Source: Candidatus Latescibacterota bacterium | GTDB taxonomy: Bacteria > Latescibacterota > UBA2968 > UBA8231 | NCBI GenBank assembly: GCA_965204725.1 | Contig: OZ242005.1 | Coordinates: 4,000,001 to 4,064,000, forward strand | Reading direction: 5' to 3' | Length of the DNA: 64,000 nucleotides | Part shown: positions 26,946-35,753 of the stretch, piece after piece | How the letters are laid out: each line of letters opens with the position of its first letter | Position numbering within the stretch: position 1 is the first letter of the stretch | Translations under genes and position numbers: made by a program | The notes under the pieces: model-generated | Databases searched by the model: none | The model's input: only the letters and a program-made list of their open reading frames with translations | Told to the model about the DNA's origin: nothing

Positions 26946-28493
26946 CTATTGGTTGCGCCAATCGCTTATCTTGTCCTCCAAGTCATTGACAAATTCAATG
27001 ATTTCGCCACCATCTTTTGTGTTTTGACGTGCGACGAGACGCGCTACTTCGGTTATCTCTTTCTGCAACCGTTCCGCCAAAAACCGCAACTGCTCCTTTT
27101 GACGTTCTGATTCCGCTGCGGTCGTTCCGGCCATTATCGCTTGGGCCTCCTGCATGGCCTTTTCCAACTGCGTCTGACCAATAGCCAGCAATCCGCCGTA
27201 TTTTGCGGTATCTCTTGCGATCGTGTCCCACAACCACTTCTCTGGGCAAAATTCGCCCGGCAGAAAGAGTAGCTGCACTTTTACATTATCTGCATCTGCG
27301 GCTTGCTCAATCGGCCTGATCATGTCTCTCCCATCGCCATCGAGCACAAAGATAAAGTCTTGCAATTGTTGGATTCGTGCCAATGTCCGCACATGAGCAG
27401 GAAATTCATTCTTGCCAGTGTTTTTGCCGATAAACAAATCTTCGGGACGCAGATTAATTTTCTCACTGAGCGCGTCCACAACGCCCCTAATAATAAATTC
27501 TGCAACATCGTCCTCACATAGTACTGATAGCTTGTCCTTGGATTGCCCGTACATTGCTTTCTGTAAAATATCCCTCATTGGCGATTCAACTCTTACATCA
27601 TGTTTGTTATCCCGGGTTAGAAAAACTCGTCCTTCGAGCGGTACACTTTCCAACACCACTGGGCTATGGGTGGTCACTATAATCTGGAGTTTTTCTCGCA
27701 GTGATAATCTTTGTAGGTGTAACATGAGCTGCTTTTGAATGTATGGATGCAAGCCCGTCTCCACTTCATCGATCAAAACTAGCGCATTATTTAGGGAAGA
27801 AACTTCTATCGACAGCCGCAAAATTGATCGCTCTCCCGATGCCATGTGGAACTCTGAGTAAGCACTGTTATTTTTTAATTCTGCAAGCAATAAATCGCCC
27901 CGCCCTTGGCTCTTCTTGGCTTGTTGTACACTTTGATAATCAAAGGGAAGGGTCCGCTTTGCCAACACTAATAGACCGGGATTTACATTGTCAATTATGG
28001 GGTCGCGTCGCTTAATTTGCAGCATACTTCTAACCTCAGAGGGATTTGTAAAATTGGCTAATGTTCGCAAATACACCTTCCGTTCCGGCTGCGTTGCACC
28101 TTTACGACCAAAAAAACTTCTATTCCATGCCTTTCCTCGCCGCCACACCATGTTCATGCGCCGACCATTGTCTATATAGGCGTATTCCAATTCTGTTTTA
28201 TCCATTGAATCCATCTTTCCTATCGTGAAATTGGGAAATAATGTCGTCGGTACGTACTCTTTATTACTTGCGCCCGGCACTTTATATGCACAAGCACAAC
28301 CAAATAATACAGTGGATTTACCACAGGCGTTTTCACCAGCCAGCACCGTAACTGGAAATTCCAGAGGAACCCGCAAGTTGGTGATACCTCGCATATTTCG
28401 GATAGTAATCTCTTCCAGAAATGTTTGCCGGTGAGGTTTGTCTCCCCGCAATTGATCCCAAACTCTCTTCAATTCATTGTCAATTATTGACAT
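26946..28493 (-). CDS. ABC-type ATPase fused to TOPRIM-like domain (OLD-like ATP-dependent nuclease)
   Basis: Walker A GENACGKS, signature MASGE, Walker B LIDEVETGLHP and H-loop TTHS. The C-terminal half has LCED and VLDGD acidic motifs. Markedly lower GC than flanks. Confidence 0.8.
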   Translation of the reverse strand: MSIIDNELKRVWDQLRGDKPHRQTFLEEITIRNMRGITNLRVPLEFPVTVLAGENACGKSTVLFGCACAYKVPGASNKEYVPTTLFPNFTIGKMDSMDKTELEYAYIDNGRRMNMVWRRGKAWNRSFFGRKGATQPERKVYLRTLANFTNPSEVRSMLQIKRRDPIIDNVNPGLLVLAKRTLPFDYQSVQQAKKSQGRGDLLLAELKNNSAYSEFHMASGERSILRLSIEVSSLNNALVLIDEVETGLHPYIQKQLMLHLQRLSLREKLQIIVTTHSPVVLESVPLEGRVFLTRDNKHDVRVESPMRDILQKAMYGQSKDKLSVLCEDDVAEFIIRGVVDALSEKINLRPEDLFIGKNTGKNEFPAHVRTLARIQQLQDFIFVLDGDGRDMIRPIEQAADADNVKVQLLFLPGEFCPEKWLWDTIARDTAKYGGLLAIGQTQLEKAMQEAQAIMAGTTAAESERQKEQLRFLAERLQKEITEVARLVARQNTKDGGEIIEFVNDLEDKISDWRNQ

Positions 28494-28618
28494 CCTCGAC
28501 TCCTTATCTCATCCGAGAAATCTACCAGCGGTATGGACAATATAAAAAACTACTTGGCTCTTTCAAAGGGAGTAAATTCGTCGTATTATTGTGAGAAAAC
28601 AGCCTAGAGAGGGATGCA

Positions 28619-30901
28619 ATGGACTTAGAGTCCCTATCAACACCCGAGGACGAAATTCCGCGGAACGCGGGCGGCTTGCAGCCCTTCATGCCCTATTTAC
28701 TGTCCTTTTTACTTACGCTTTCGGCTAGCTACGCCGTCGCGCTCTCGCCACAGGAAAGCCATCGGCAAATGGTGGCTTTCCTGGCGGAGGTTCGCGCCCA
28801 CAATCTCGACGACAACCCCTATCAGGGCGAAGGTCCAGTACGACAGTTAGAAGCCCAGCTACAGGCACTGCCCGAAGCAGCCCCCATCCAAGAGCGAATT
28901 CGCCTCCGTTTTCGCCTCGGGCTAGCCGAACTTTTCTTGGGACAAGAACGCCGCGCCCTAGACCATCTCGCCGCGGCCAAAGCCTTGCTCACCGGCCAGC
29001 ACTCGGTCCCCTCTCAGGTCGTCAACGAGATACACTTTCGCCTCGGGCTGGCGTGGCTGCGCTTGGGGGAAACCCAAAACTGCGTCCTCAACCCCAACGC
29101 CGACCACTGCATCCTGCCCATTCGCCCCGGCGGCGTCCATACCCTTCCCGAAGGGTCGCGCCGAGCCATCCCCTATTTCCAAGCCGTGCTCGATAATACC
29201 GCCGCCGAGGAGTGCTTGTACCTAAGTGCCCGCTGGCTGCTCAACATCGCCTATATGACCTTGGGGCAGTATCCCGAGGCGGTGCCGCCCGCTCATCGGA
29301 TTCCCCCCCAAGCCTTTGCGTCCCAAGCCGCGTTCCCGCGTTGGGTCAATGTGGCTCCTGCGCTTGGGCTGGACACCTTCAGCCTCTCTGGTGGGGCCGT
29401 GGCCGACGACTTCGATGGCGACGGATACCTCGATTTCTTCGTCTCGACATCGGACTTGGCCGGACCACTGCGCTTTTTCCGCAACGGGGGGGACGGCACC
29501 TTTGAGGACCGGACCGAGGCGGCCAACCTCAACGGGCTGCTGGGGGGACTCAACTTGGTGCAAGCCGACTACGACAACGACGGCCATCTCGACCTGCTCG
29601 TCTTGCGCGGGGCTTGGTTCGGTGAACACGGCCAGCACCCCAATTCGCTGTTGCGGAATGCGGGCGATGGCACCTTCCTCGATGCGACCTTTGCCGCCGG
29701 TTTGGGGCAAGACCACTACCCAACTCAAACCGCCGCCTGGGGCGACTACGATCTCGATGGCGACCTCGACCTCTACATCGGCAACGAAACCACCGACACC
29801 TATGTAGCCCCCGGCCAACTCTTTCAAAACCAAGGCGATGGCACCTTCGCCGATGTGGCCCCCGACGCCGGTGTTGACCAATACGCCCACGCCAAGGCCG
29901 TCGTCTGGGGCGACTACGACGGGGACCGCTGGCCCGATCTGTACGTGTCCAACCTCGGCCAGCCCAACCGACTCTACCGCAACCAAGGCGACGGCACCTT
30001 TGCCGATGTGGCCCCCGACGCCGGCGTCGTCGCCCCTCGCGCCAGCTTCCCGGCTTGGTTTTGGGACTTTGACAACGACGGCCACCTCGACCTGTTCGTG
30101 GCCGCCTACGCGGCTACCGTCGCCGACATCGCCGCCGCGTATATGGGCCAGCCAGTGTCCGTGGAGAAGGCGCGGCTGTATCGCGGCGATGGCCAAGGCG
30201 GCTTTGCGGAGGTGTCCCAAGGCCGCCACCTCGCGCAGCCGACTAAGCCGATGGGGGCCAATTTTGGCGACGTGGATAGCGACGGGTTTTTGGATTTCTA
30301 CTTGGGCACTGGCGATACCGATTACGCCGAGTTGATGCCCAATGTGCTGTATTGGAACCAAGCGGGTCAGCACTTTGTCGATGTGACGTTTGCCAGCGGA
30401 TTGGGGCATTTGCAGAAGGGGCATGGGGTCGTGTTCGCCGATGTGGACCACGACGGCGATTTAGACCTATTTGAGCAGATGGGCGGGGCCTATCGCGGCG
30501 ACGGATTCGCCGATGTGCTATACGAGAACCCAGGGTTTGGTCGCGGCTGGCTAGCAGTTGAGGTCGTCGGGGTGGAGTCGAATCGGTCGGGGATCGGGAC
30601 GCAGCTACGGGTAGATGTGGTGGAGGGCGGCCAAAGGCGGTCGCTGTACCGCTGGGTGGGCAGCGGCGGCAGCTTTGGCGGCAATCCGCTGCGTCAATAT
30701 GTAGGGTTGGGTTCAGCGGAACGGGTGGCGCAGCTAGCGGTTTTTTGGCCGAAAAGCGGCCTAGAGCAGGCGTTTGCTGAAGTGCCATTAAACGCAATCA
30801 TCCGAGTCACCGAGGGACGAGACCAACTGGAGATTTTAGCGTTGCCCTCTTTTAGGTTCAACGTCGAACATTCAAAACGAGCCGAACACCATCTACACTA
30901 A
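28619..30901 (+). CDS. CRTAC1-family FG-GAP repeat protein with ASPIC/UnbV C-terminus and N-terminal TPR-like helices
   Basis: Repeated DxDxDGxxDL blades and C-terminal SNRSGIG...GSFG....YVGLG....WP. Start may be ATG 28688. Confidence 0.85.
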   Translation: MDLESLSTPEDEIPRNAGGLQPFMPYLLSFLLTLSASYAVALSPQESHRQMVAFLAEVRAHNLDDNPYQGEGPVRQLEAQLQALPEAAPIQERIRLRFRLGLAELFLGQERRALDHLAAAKALLTGQHSVPSQVVNEIHFRLGLAWLRLGETQNCVLNPNADHCILPIRPGGVHTLPEGSRRAIPYFQAVLDNTAAEECLYLSARWLLNIAYMTLGQYPEAVPPAHRIPPQAFASQAAFPRWVNVAPALGLDTFSLSGGAVADDFDGDGYLDFFVSTSDLAGPLRFFRNGGDGTFEDRTEAANLNGLLGGLNLVQADYDNDGHLDLLVLRGAWFGEHGQHPNSLLRNAGDGTFLDATFAAGLGQDHYPTQTAAWGDYDLDGDLDLYIGNETTDTYVAPGQLFQNQGDGTFADVAPDAGVDQYAHAKAVVWGDYDGDRWPDLYVSNLGQPNRLYRNQGDGTFADVAPDAGVVAPRASFPAWFWDFDNDGHLDLFVAAYAATVADIAAAYMGQPVSVEKARLYRGDGQGGFAEVSQGRHLAQPTKPMGANFGDVDSDGFLDFYLGTGDTDYAELMPNVLYWNQAGQHFVDVTFASGLGHLQKGHGVVFADVDHDGDLDLFEQMGGAYRGDGFADVLYENPGFGRGWLAVEVVGVESNRSGIGTQLRVDVVEGGQRRSLYRWVGSGGSFGGNPLRQYVGLGSAERVAQLAVFWPKSGLEQAFAEVPLNAIIRVTEGRDQLEILALPSFRFNVEHSKRAEHHLH

Positions 30902-30912
30902 CTGAAACGAGC

Positions 30913-32643
30913 TTAAGGCGCGCACTCGACCTGCACCGCAATGATGTCTAGATCGTGGTATTTCTGGTGACGCACCGAAGAGGCGTAGTGCCGCAGCAGG
31001 CGGAACGAAATCTCGCTTTCGTCTATTATCTCGGGCTGTTCGCTCAGGAACGCCAGCCGGTCTTCGAGATTTTCCCCCGCGGCCGCGGCTAAAAACTCCA
31101 ACTCGACCGCCCCTTCGGTGGGCCGGGCGGTGAGGATCAAGTGCCGACCATTCGCGGACGCATCGTCCCCCGCCTGTTGTACCAGAATCGCCAAGGTCTC
31201 TTCTCCTGTGGCGCACAGCCGCTCGGTCGCCGGACCGTCCCAGCCGACTTTTGCGGCAACGGCGCGGAGGAACTCGTCAATTTTGGGCATTGACGGAACG
31301 GCTAACTCAACCTCTAGGCGTCGGCGGCGCGCAGCCGTCAGCTCCATGAATGCGGTCAACACAATCGCCGTAAGACAACCAGCGGTCATGCCGTTGCCGA
31401 GCAGGGTGCCCCACGTCCCGCCCAGCAAGTCGGCGAAAATTACCTGATTCTGGAAGCCTACGCCCAGCCAGAACGACAGCCCGACCACCACGGCCTTGCG
31501 GTGATTGATCCCGTCCTCAACGACCAGTTTCATGCCTTGTACGAAAAGCAGGCCTATTAGCAGGGTGACATAGGCCGCACCTACGGGATTGGGAATGGCG
31601 ATCAGGAGGGCTGTCACCTTGGGCGACAAGGCCAGTACCGCAAAGATGACCCCGACATACACCCCGACGCGCCGCGCGGCGACCCCGGTGAGTTCGGCGA
31701 GCGATATACTACTAGAGTAGGTCGTATTGGGGGGCGTCCCAATCAGCCCGGACAACAGGTTGCCCATTCCATCGGCGTTGAGAGCACCTTGGACCAAGCG
31801 GAAATCCGTGGCCCGTGGCCGACGCCGCGAGACCCGCTGGATGGCAACGCCGTCGCCAATGGTCTCGATCGCGCCGACCATGGTAACGACCACAAACGCC
31901 GGCAGCAGCGCCCAGAACTCTGCACTGAACGTCAGGTCCAACCCCGGCCACGCGCTAGTGGGAAAGCCGATCCAAGGTGCTTCGATTACGGGCTGAATGT
32001 CGTATAGTCCGAAGGGAGCGGCCACCGCGCAGCCCACCACGATGCTGATGAGCGGTGCCCACAGTCGCCAAGTTACTGGGGCGCACAGGGCCAACGCCAC
32101 CAGCGTAGCGAGCGTCGCTCCGGCTGCGGCCGGGGCTGCGGCCGACGGCATGCCTTCGGGCACATCCGCCAGCAAGCCGAACACGATTGGCATGACCGTG
32201 ACGGCGATGAGCATGATCACCGTGCCAGCGACGACCGGCGTGATAATCCGGCGCAGCAGCGAAAGCCGGGCGGCCAACGCAAACTGAAACAGCGACGAAA
32301 CCACGATCAGGCTCGCCATCAGGGGCGGTCCACCCTTCACTAGGGCCGTGATGCAAACCGCGATGAAGGCCCCAGAGGTGCCCATAATGAGCACGTGCCC
32401 GGCCCCGATCCGCCCGAGCCGGGCCGCTTGTAGAACCGTGCTCGTTCCACTGATCAGCAGGGCCGCGAAGGCGATCCACGTCAGGTAGCTCTCCGGCTGG
32501 TTGGCCGCCCGACCAATAATGACCGCGCTGAGCACCACCGGCGCGATGATGACCACTGCGGCCTGAAAGCCGACTCCAGCGGCGATGGAGTGGGGGGGAC
32601 GCTCGTCCGGCTCGTAGCGAATGTTTTCGTTTGCTCTCGCCAT
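30913..32643 (-). CDS. NCS2/xanthine-uracil permease family transporter with extra C-terminal soluble domain
   Basis: Y..DERPP N-terminus, TPVV.GTV, ETIGD, ADG, TTY...LTGVAAR and IP.PV, followed by a ~135-aa cytoplasmic tail. Confidence 0.85.
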   Translation of the reverse strand: MARANENIRYEPDERPPHSIAAGVGFQAAVVIIAPVVLSAVIIGRAANQPESYLTWIAFAALLISGTSTVLQAARLGRIGAGHVLIMGTSGAFIAVCITALVKGGPPLMASLIVVSSLFQFALAARLSLLRRIITPVVAGTVIMLIAVTVMPIVFGLLADVPEGMPSAAAPAAAGATLATLVALALCAPVTWRLWAPLISIVVGCAVAAPFGLYDIQPVIEAPWIGFPTSAWPGLDLTFSAEFWALLPAFVVVTMVGAIETIGDGVAIQRVSRRRPRATDFRLVQGALNADGMGNLLSGLIGTPPNTTYSSSISLAELTGVAARRVGVYVGVIFAVLALSPKVTALLIAIPNPVGAAYVTLLIGLLFVQGMKLVVEDGINHRKAVVVGLSFWLGVGFQNQVIFADLLGGTWGTLLGNGMTAGCLTAIVLTAFMELTAARRRRLEVELAVPSMPKIDEFLRAVAAKVGWDGPATERLCATGEETLAILVQQAGDDASANGRHLILTARPTEGAVELEFLAAAAGENLEDRLAFLSEQPEIIDESEISFRLLRHYASSVRHQKYHDLDIIAVQVECAP

Positions 32644-32711
32644 TGCAAACCATCTCTTTCACAGGTTACGCGATAAATCCGCAAGGGGCTGTATCTCATT
32701 TAAGCGGCAAC

Positions 32712-32847
32712 TTTACTACACGACACCAGCCGCTAGCCTGCCAAGGATCGAGGGCATCTTGCCCTCGTCGAGGGCGGGACGCCCTCGATCCCGGACGCAA
32801 CGGGAACACCAAAAAATGTGAACTCAAAGTAGGTGTCGCGTACTTAG
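32712..32847. mobile_element. 136-bp MITE-like element with REP doublet
   Basis: Same ends and length as 9542-9677. Imperfect TIR TTTACTACACGACAC / GTGTCGCGTACTTAG. Confidence 0.8.
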
Positions 32848-32871
32848 GCAGCACCCGCCAAAAGCCCCTCT

Positions 32872-33654
32872 TCACAGACGCCATACCAGCAGCAACTGAG
32901 CCGTGCTCTCGTCTTCGTCCGTTCCCAGCTTGTTGAGCCAGTATTGGTACTCGATGCCGACCATGAGTTGATCGGGGACGCCGACCGCCTTGCCCAAATC
33001 CCAAGTGAACTGCGGCTGAGCGAGCATGGAACCCTTGACGGTTTCACCGAATTCGTTGGTGCGGCGGCCGAGGTACTCGGCATGGCCGACAATGGCCAAA
33101 GACTGATTGCCAACATTAAAGGGCAAGGCCCAACTGACGTCCAACATGAAGCTGTTGTCGGTTTGGGGAGCGTTGTCGGTTTGAGGAGCGGTGCCGGTGT
33201 TGGCGTCAATGTAAGCCGTCAGGTCCGTATTCAAAAACAAAAATCCCGGCAGGTCCCAAGAGGCTCGCAAACCGGGCAGGTACTTCACGACGTTGGCGTC
33301 GCCGCCGAGATTGACCCCGGCAATCAGGGCAAAATCCCGAATGGGGCCGACGCGCAATTCCCGGCCGGCCAGCTTGCCGAAACTCAGGGTTGGATACCAC
33401 TCGCCATAGAAATCTCGGTCGTTGAAGCTCGGTTTATCGCGGACGTCGTCGTTGAGATAGTCGATAAAGAAGAAGCTCTCCCCCAATTTCCACCCCGCAG
33501 CCTGTTGCACGGTAAATACGAAGGTCGGGTGGGCGGCACCCGAGAATGGATTCTTGTGTCTGCCGTACTGCAGGTGAAACTCGGTTTGCGAAAACGCTGC
33601 GGTCTGGGCGGCCAGCAGCGCGATTAGGAACATACTGGCGCGTACTGTTTTCAT
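32872..33654 (-). CDS. Tsx-like nucleoside-specific outer-membrane channel (DUF5020-like)
   Basis: Signal peptide, GW..G..FFFID, YGEW.P.LS, QPQF..D.G and GIEYQYW.NKLG. Lies upstream of the nucleobase permease. Confidence 0.8.
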   Translation of the reverse strand: MKTVRASMFLIALLAAQTAAFSQTEFHLQYGRHKNPFSGAAHPTFVFTVQQAAGWKLGESFFFIDYLNDDVRDKPSFNDRDFYGEWYPTLSFGKLAGRELRVGPIRDFALIAGVNLGGDANVVKYLPGLRASWDLPGFLFLNTDLTAYIDANTGTAPQTDNAPQTDNSFMLDVSWALPFNVGNQSLAIVGHAEYLGRRTNEFGETVKGSMLAQPQFTWDLGKAVGVPDQLMVGIEYQYWLNKLGTDEDESTAQLLLVWRL

Positions 33655-33775
33655 TTCGGTCCTCATCTCCTTTTGGGGACTAACACGCTGTGCTGTAACG
33701 CGGAAGTGGGCATGGGGCGAAAATCGAACATAAAAGGGGATGGGTCAAGCGGAAAATATGGATCACAAACCTGCT

Positions 33776-35737
33776 CTACGGGGATGCAGCAAGGCGCGCT
33801 AATGCCTCTTGGGCGGATTGGGTCAGGCGAGGGTCGCCCCGCCACTGCGCGAGGAAATGCTCGTACGCGCGGATGGCTCGGCGGGGTTGCGCGGCCTCTT
33901 GGTAGAGAACGCCGAGTGCATAATGCGCTCGGGCGTAGGTAGAATCCGCACGCAGGGCGGCTTGGTACTGGCGCACAGCCTGAGCGGGCGCGTTCTGTTG
34001 GGCGTAAAGGCGGCCCAAGTTGTAGTGGGCTTCGGCAAAGTCGGGGGCTACCTCAAGTGCCTTTTGGTAGGCCGTAGCCGCCTGTTGGAGCGCGTTCTTT
34101 TCTAGATAGATATTGCCCAAATTGTTATAGGCTTGGGCATGGGTAGGCTCTAGTGCCAAGGTGCGCTCTAAGGCGGCTTCGGCCTCCTCAATGCGGCCCT
34201 GTGCGTGGTAGAGATGACCGAGCGTAAAATAAATTTTATGGCGGGCCGAATCCGGAGGGCTGTGCGCTAGGGCCTCTTGGCATACCCGCAACGCGCTGGC
34301 GAACTGGCCGCGCTCGGCGTAGAGGCCGCTTAGCTGGAGACGCGCCTCCAAATGGGCCGGCGCGAAGGAGAGCAGAAGGCGGTACTGGGCTTCGGCTTTT
34401 TCCCACTGCCGGAGCATGAGGTAAGCACGGGCCAGACGCAAGCGGGCTGCGGCGTTGGCAGGGGTGGCGGCGAGGGTTTGCTGTAACTGGTCGATGTGGT
34501 TGTGAAGGCGGCCGAGGCGTTCAAAGCGGCTTTGTAGGCGCCCGGCCTCCGTCGCTTGGCCAAGGGCGAGCAGGACGTTGGCTAAGTTGTAGTGGGCTTC
34601 CGGGTGCAAGGGATTGATTGCGAGAACTTGGCGCAGCATCTGGGCCGCTTCCTCGGGGCGATTCAAATCGCTATAGAGCAGGCCCAACTGACGCCGAGAT
34701 TCGCTGTGCTGCGGATCCATGGCCGCGGCTTCTTTTAAGATGGCTTCGGCCTTTTGGTACTGGGCTTGGCGGATGTAGAGTGTCCCCAGTTCGCTGCGGG
34801 CTTCCACCCCGTTGGGTTCGGCCTCTATGGCTTGCCGCAGGGCTTTTTCGGCTTTGTCGTACGAGCCTTGGTTGGCGTATAGCCGCGACAAGAGATGCAA
34901 GGCCGCTGTCTGGGTCGAATCGAGTGCGACGGCTTTTTCGGCCAAGGCCACGGCTTCGGGGATGCGCTGATAGCTGGCGTAGATGGCCCCCAACTTGTAG
35001 TGAGCTTCGGCGTTGTCTTGCTCCAACTCCAAGGCGCTTTCGTACTCGTGGACCGCCTCGTCCAATTTCTCAACGCGGGCATAGACATCTCCTAAGCGGA
35101 TGTGGAGGTCGGCACTGGGCGCGATGCGGAGGGCCTCGCCGTAGGCGGCTATTGCGGCTTCAACGCGAAAATTTTCAGCGTAAAGATGGCCCAAAGCCGC
35201 ATGGCCCGCTTGGGAAAACGGGTCGCGGTCAACAGCCTGCAACAGGACTGCCACCGCTTGGTCGGGTTCCCCCAACTCGCGCAGGGCGCGGGCGAGATTG
35301 ATGTAGAACGCGATGTGCTCTGGAGCTTGGCGCACGGCCGCTTGATACGCGGCGACCGCTTGTTCCAAGGCCCCATTCTGGTAGTGGATATTGCCCAGAT
35401 TATTGCTCGTCGCCGCCAAGGTGGAGTCGAGGTCAATAGCCTTTTGAAAGTGGGCCGCGGCCTCTTCTAAGGCACCGCGCCGCTGGGCCAAAAGCCCCAA
35501 GCCATCGTGGGCAAGGGCGTAGTTTGGATCGAGATCGAGTGCTTTGGCGTAGTTGCGCTGGGCTTCGTCGTAGCGGCCGGCTTGCGTATAGGCTACGGCC
35601 AAGTTGTAGTACGCAGGCGGCGCGGTGGGGTTTTGGCGGGTGAGGCGGAGGTGCTTTTCCAAGGAGTCGCCATCGGGGCTTTGGGAACAGGCCGCGCCCA
35701 GCATTAGCAGGGCGGCGAAGAGGTCGAACCGCGTCAT
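33776..35737 (-). CDS. TPR-repeat lipoprotein
   Basis: Lipobox LGAAC and many 34-aa A.YNLG..Y...G....A...Y..AL...P repeats. ATG 35737 follows AAGGAG. Confidence 0.9.
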   Translation of the reverse strand: MTRFDLFAALLMLGAACSQSPDGDSLEKHLRLTRQNPTAPPAYYNLAVAYTQAGRYDEAQRNYAKALDLDPNYALAHDGLGLLAQRRGALEEAAAHFQKAIDLDSTLAATSNNLGNIHYQNGALEQAVAAYQAAVRQAPEHIAFYINLARALRELGEPDQAVAVLLQAVDRDPFSQAGHAALGHLYAENFRVEAAIAAYGEALRIAPSADLHIRLGDVYARVEKLDEAVHEYESALELEQDNAEAHYKLGAIYASYQRIPEAVALAEKAVALDSTQTAALHLLSRLYANQGSYDKAEKALRQAIEAEPNGVEARSELGTLYIRQAQYQKAEAILKEAAAMDPQHSESRRQLGLLYSDLNRPEEAAQMLRQVLAINPLHPEAHYNLANVLLALGQATEAGRLQSRFERLGRLHNHIDQLQQTLAATPANAAARLRLARAYLMLRQWEKAEAQYRLLLSFAPAHLEARLQLSGLYAERGQFASALRVCQEALAHSPPDSARHKIYFTLGHLYHAQGRIEEAEAALERTLALEPTHAQAYNNLGNIYLEKNALQQAATAYQKALEVAPDFAEAHYNLGRLYAQQNAPAQAVRQYQAALRADSTYARAHYALGVLYQEAAQPRRAIRAYEHFLAQWRGDPRLTQSAQEALARLAASP

Positions 35738-35753
35738 CTGCAACTCCTTGGAA

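Noticed and set aside
29828-30027. 47-bp near-identical repeat (NQGDGTFADVAPDAGV twice) as a DGR template/variable pair
   Set aside because: The three differences are synonymous C/T changes inside FG-GAP blades, and no reverse transcriptase is present. This is ordinary intragenic repeat homogenisation.
33667-33775. Purine riboswitch upstream of the Tsx-like/NCS2 genes
   Set aside because: I could not see the conserved purine-aptamer core or a convincing multi-stem fold. An Rfam/Infernal scan would settle it.
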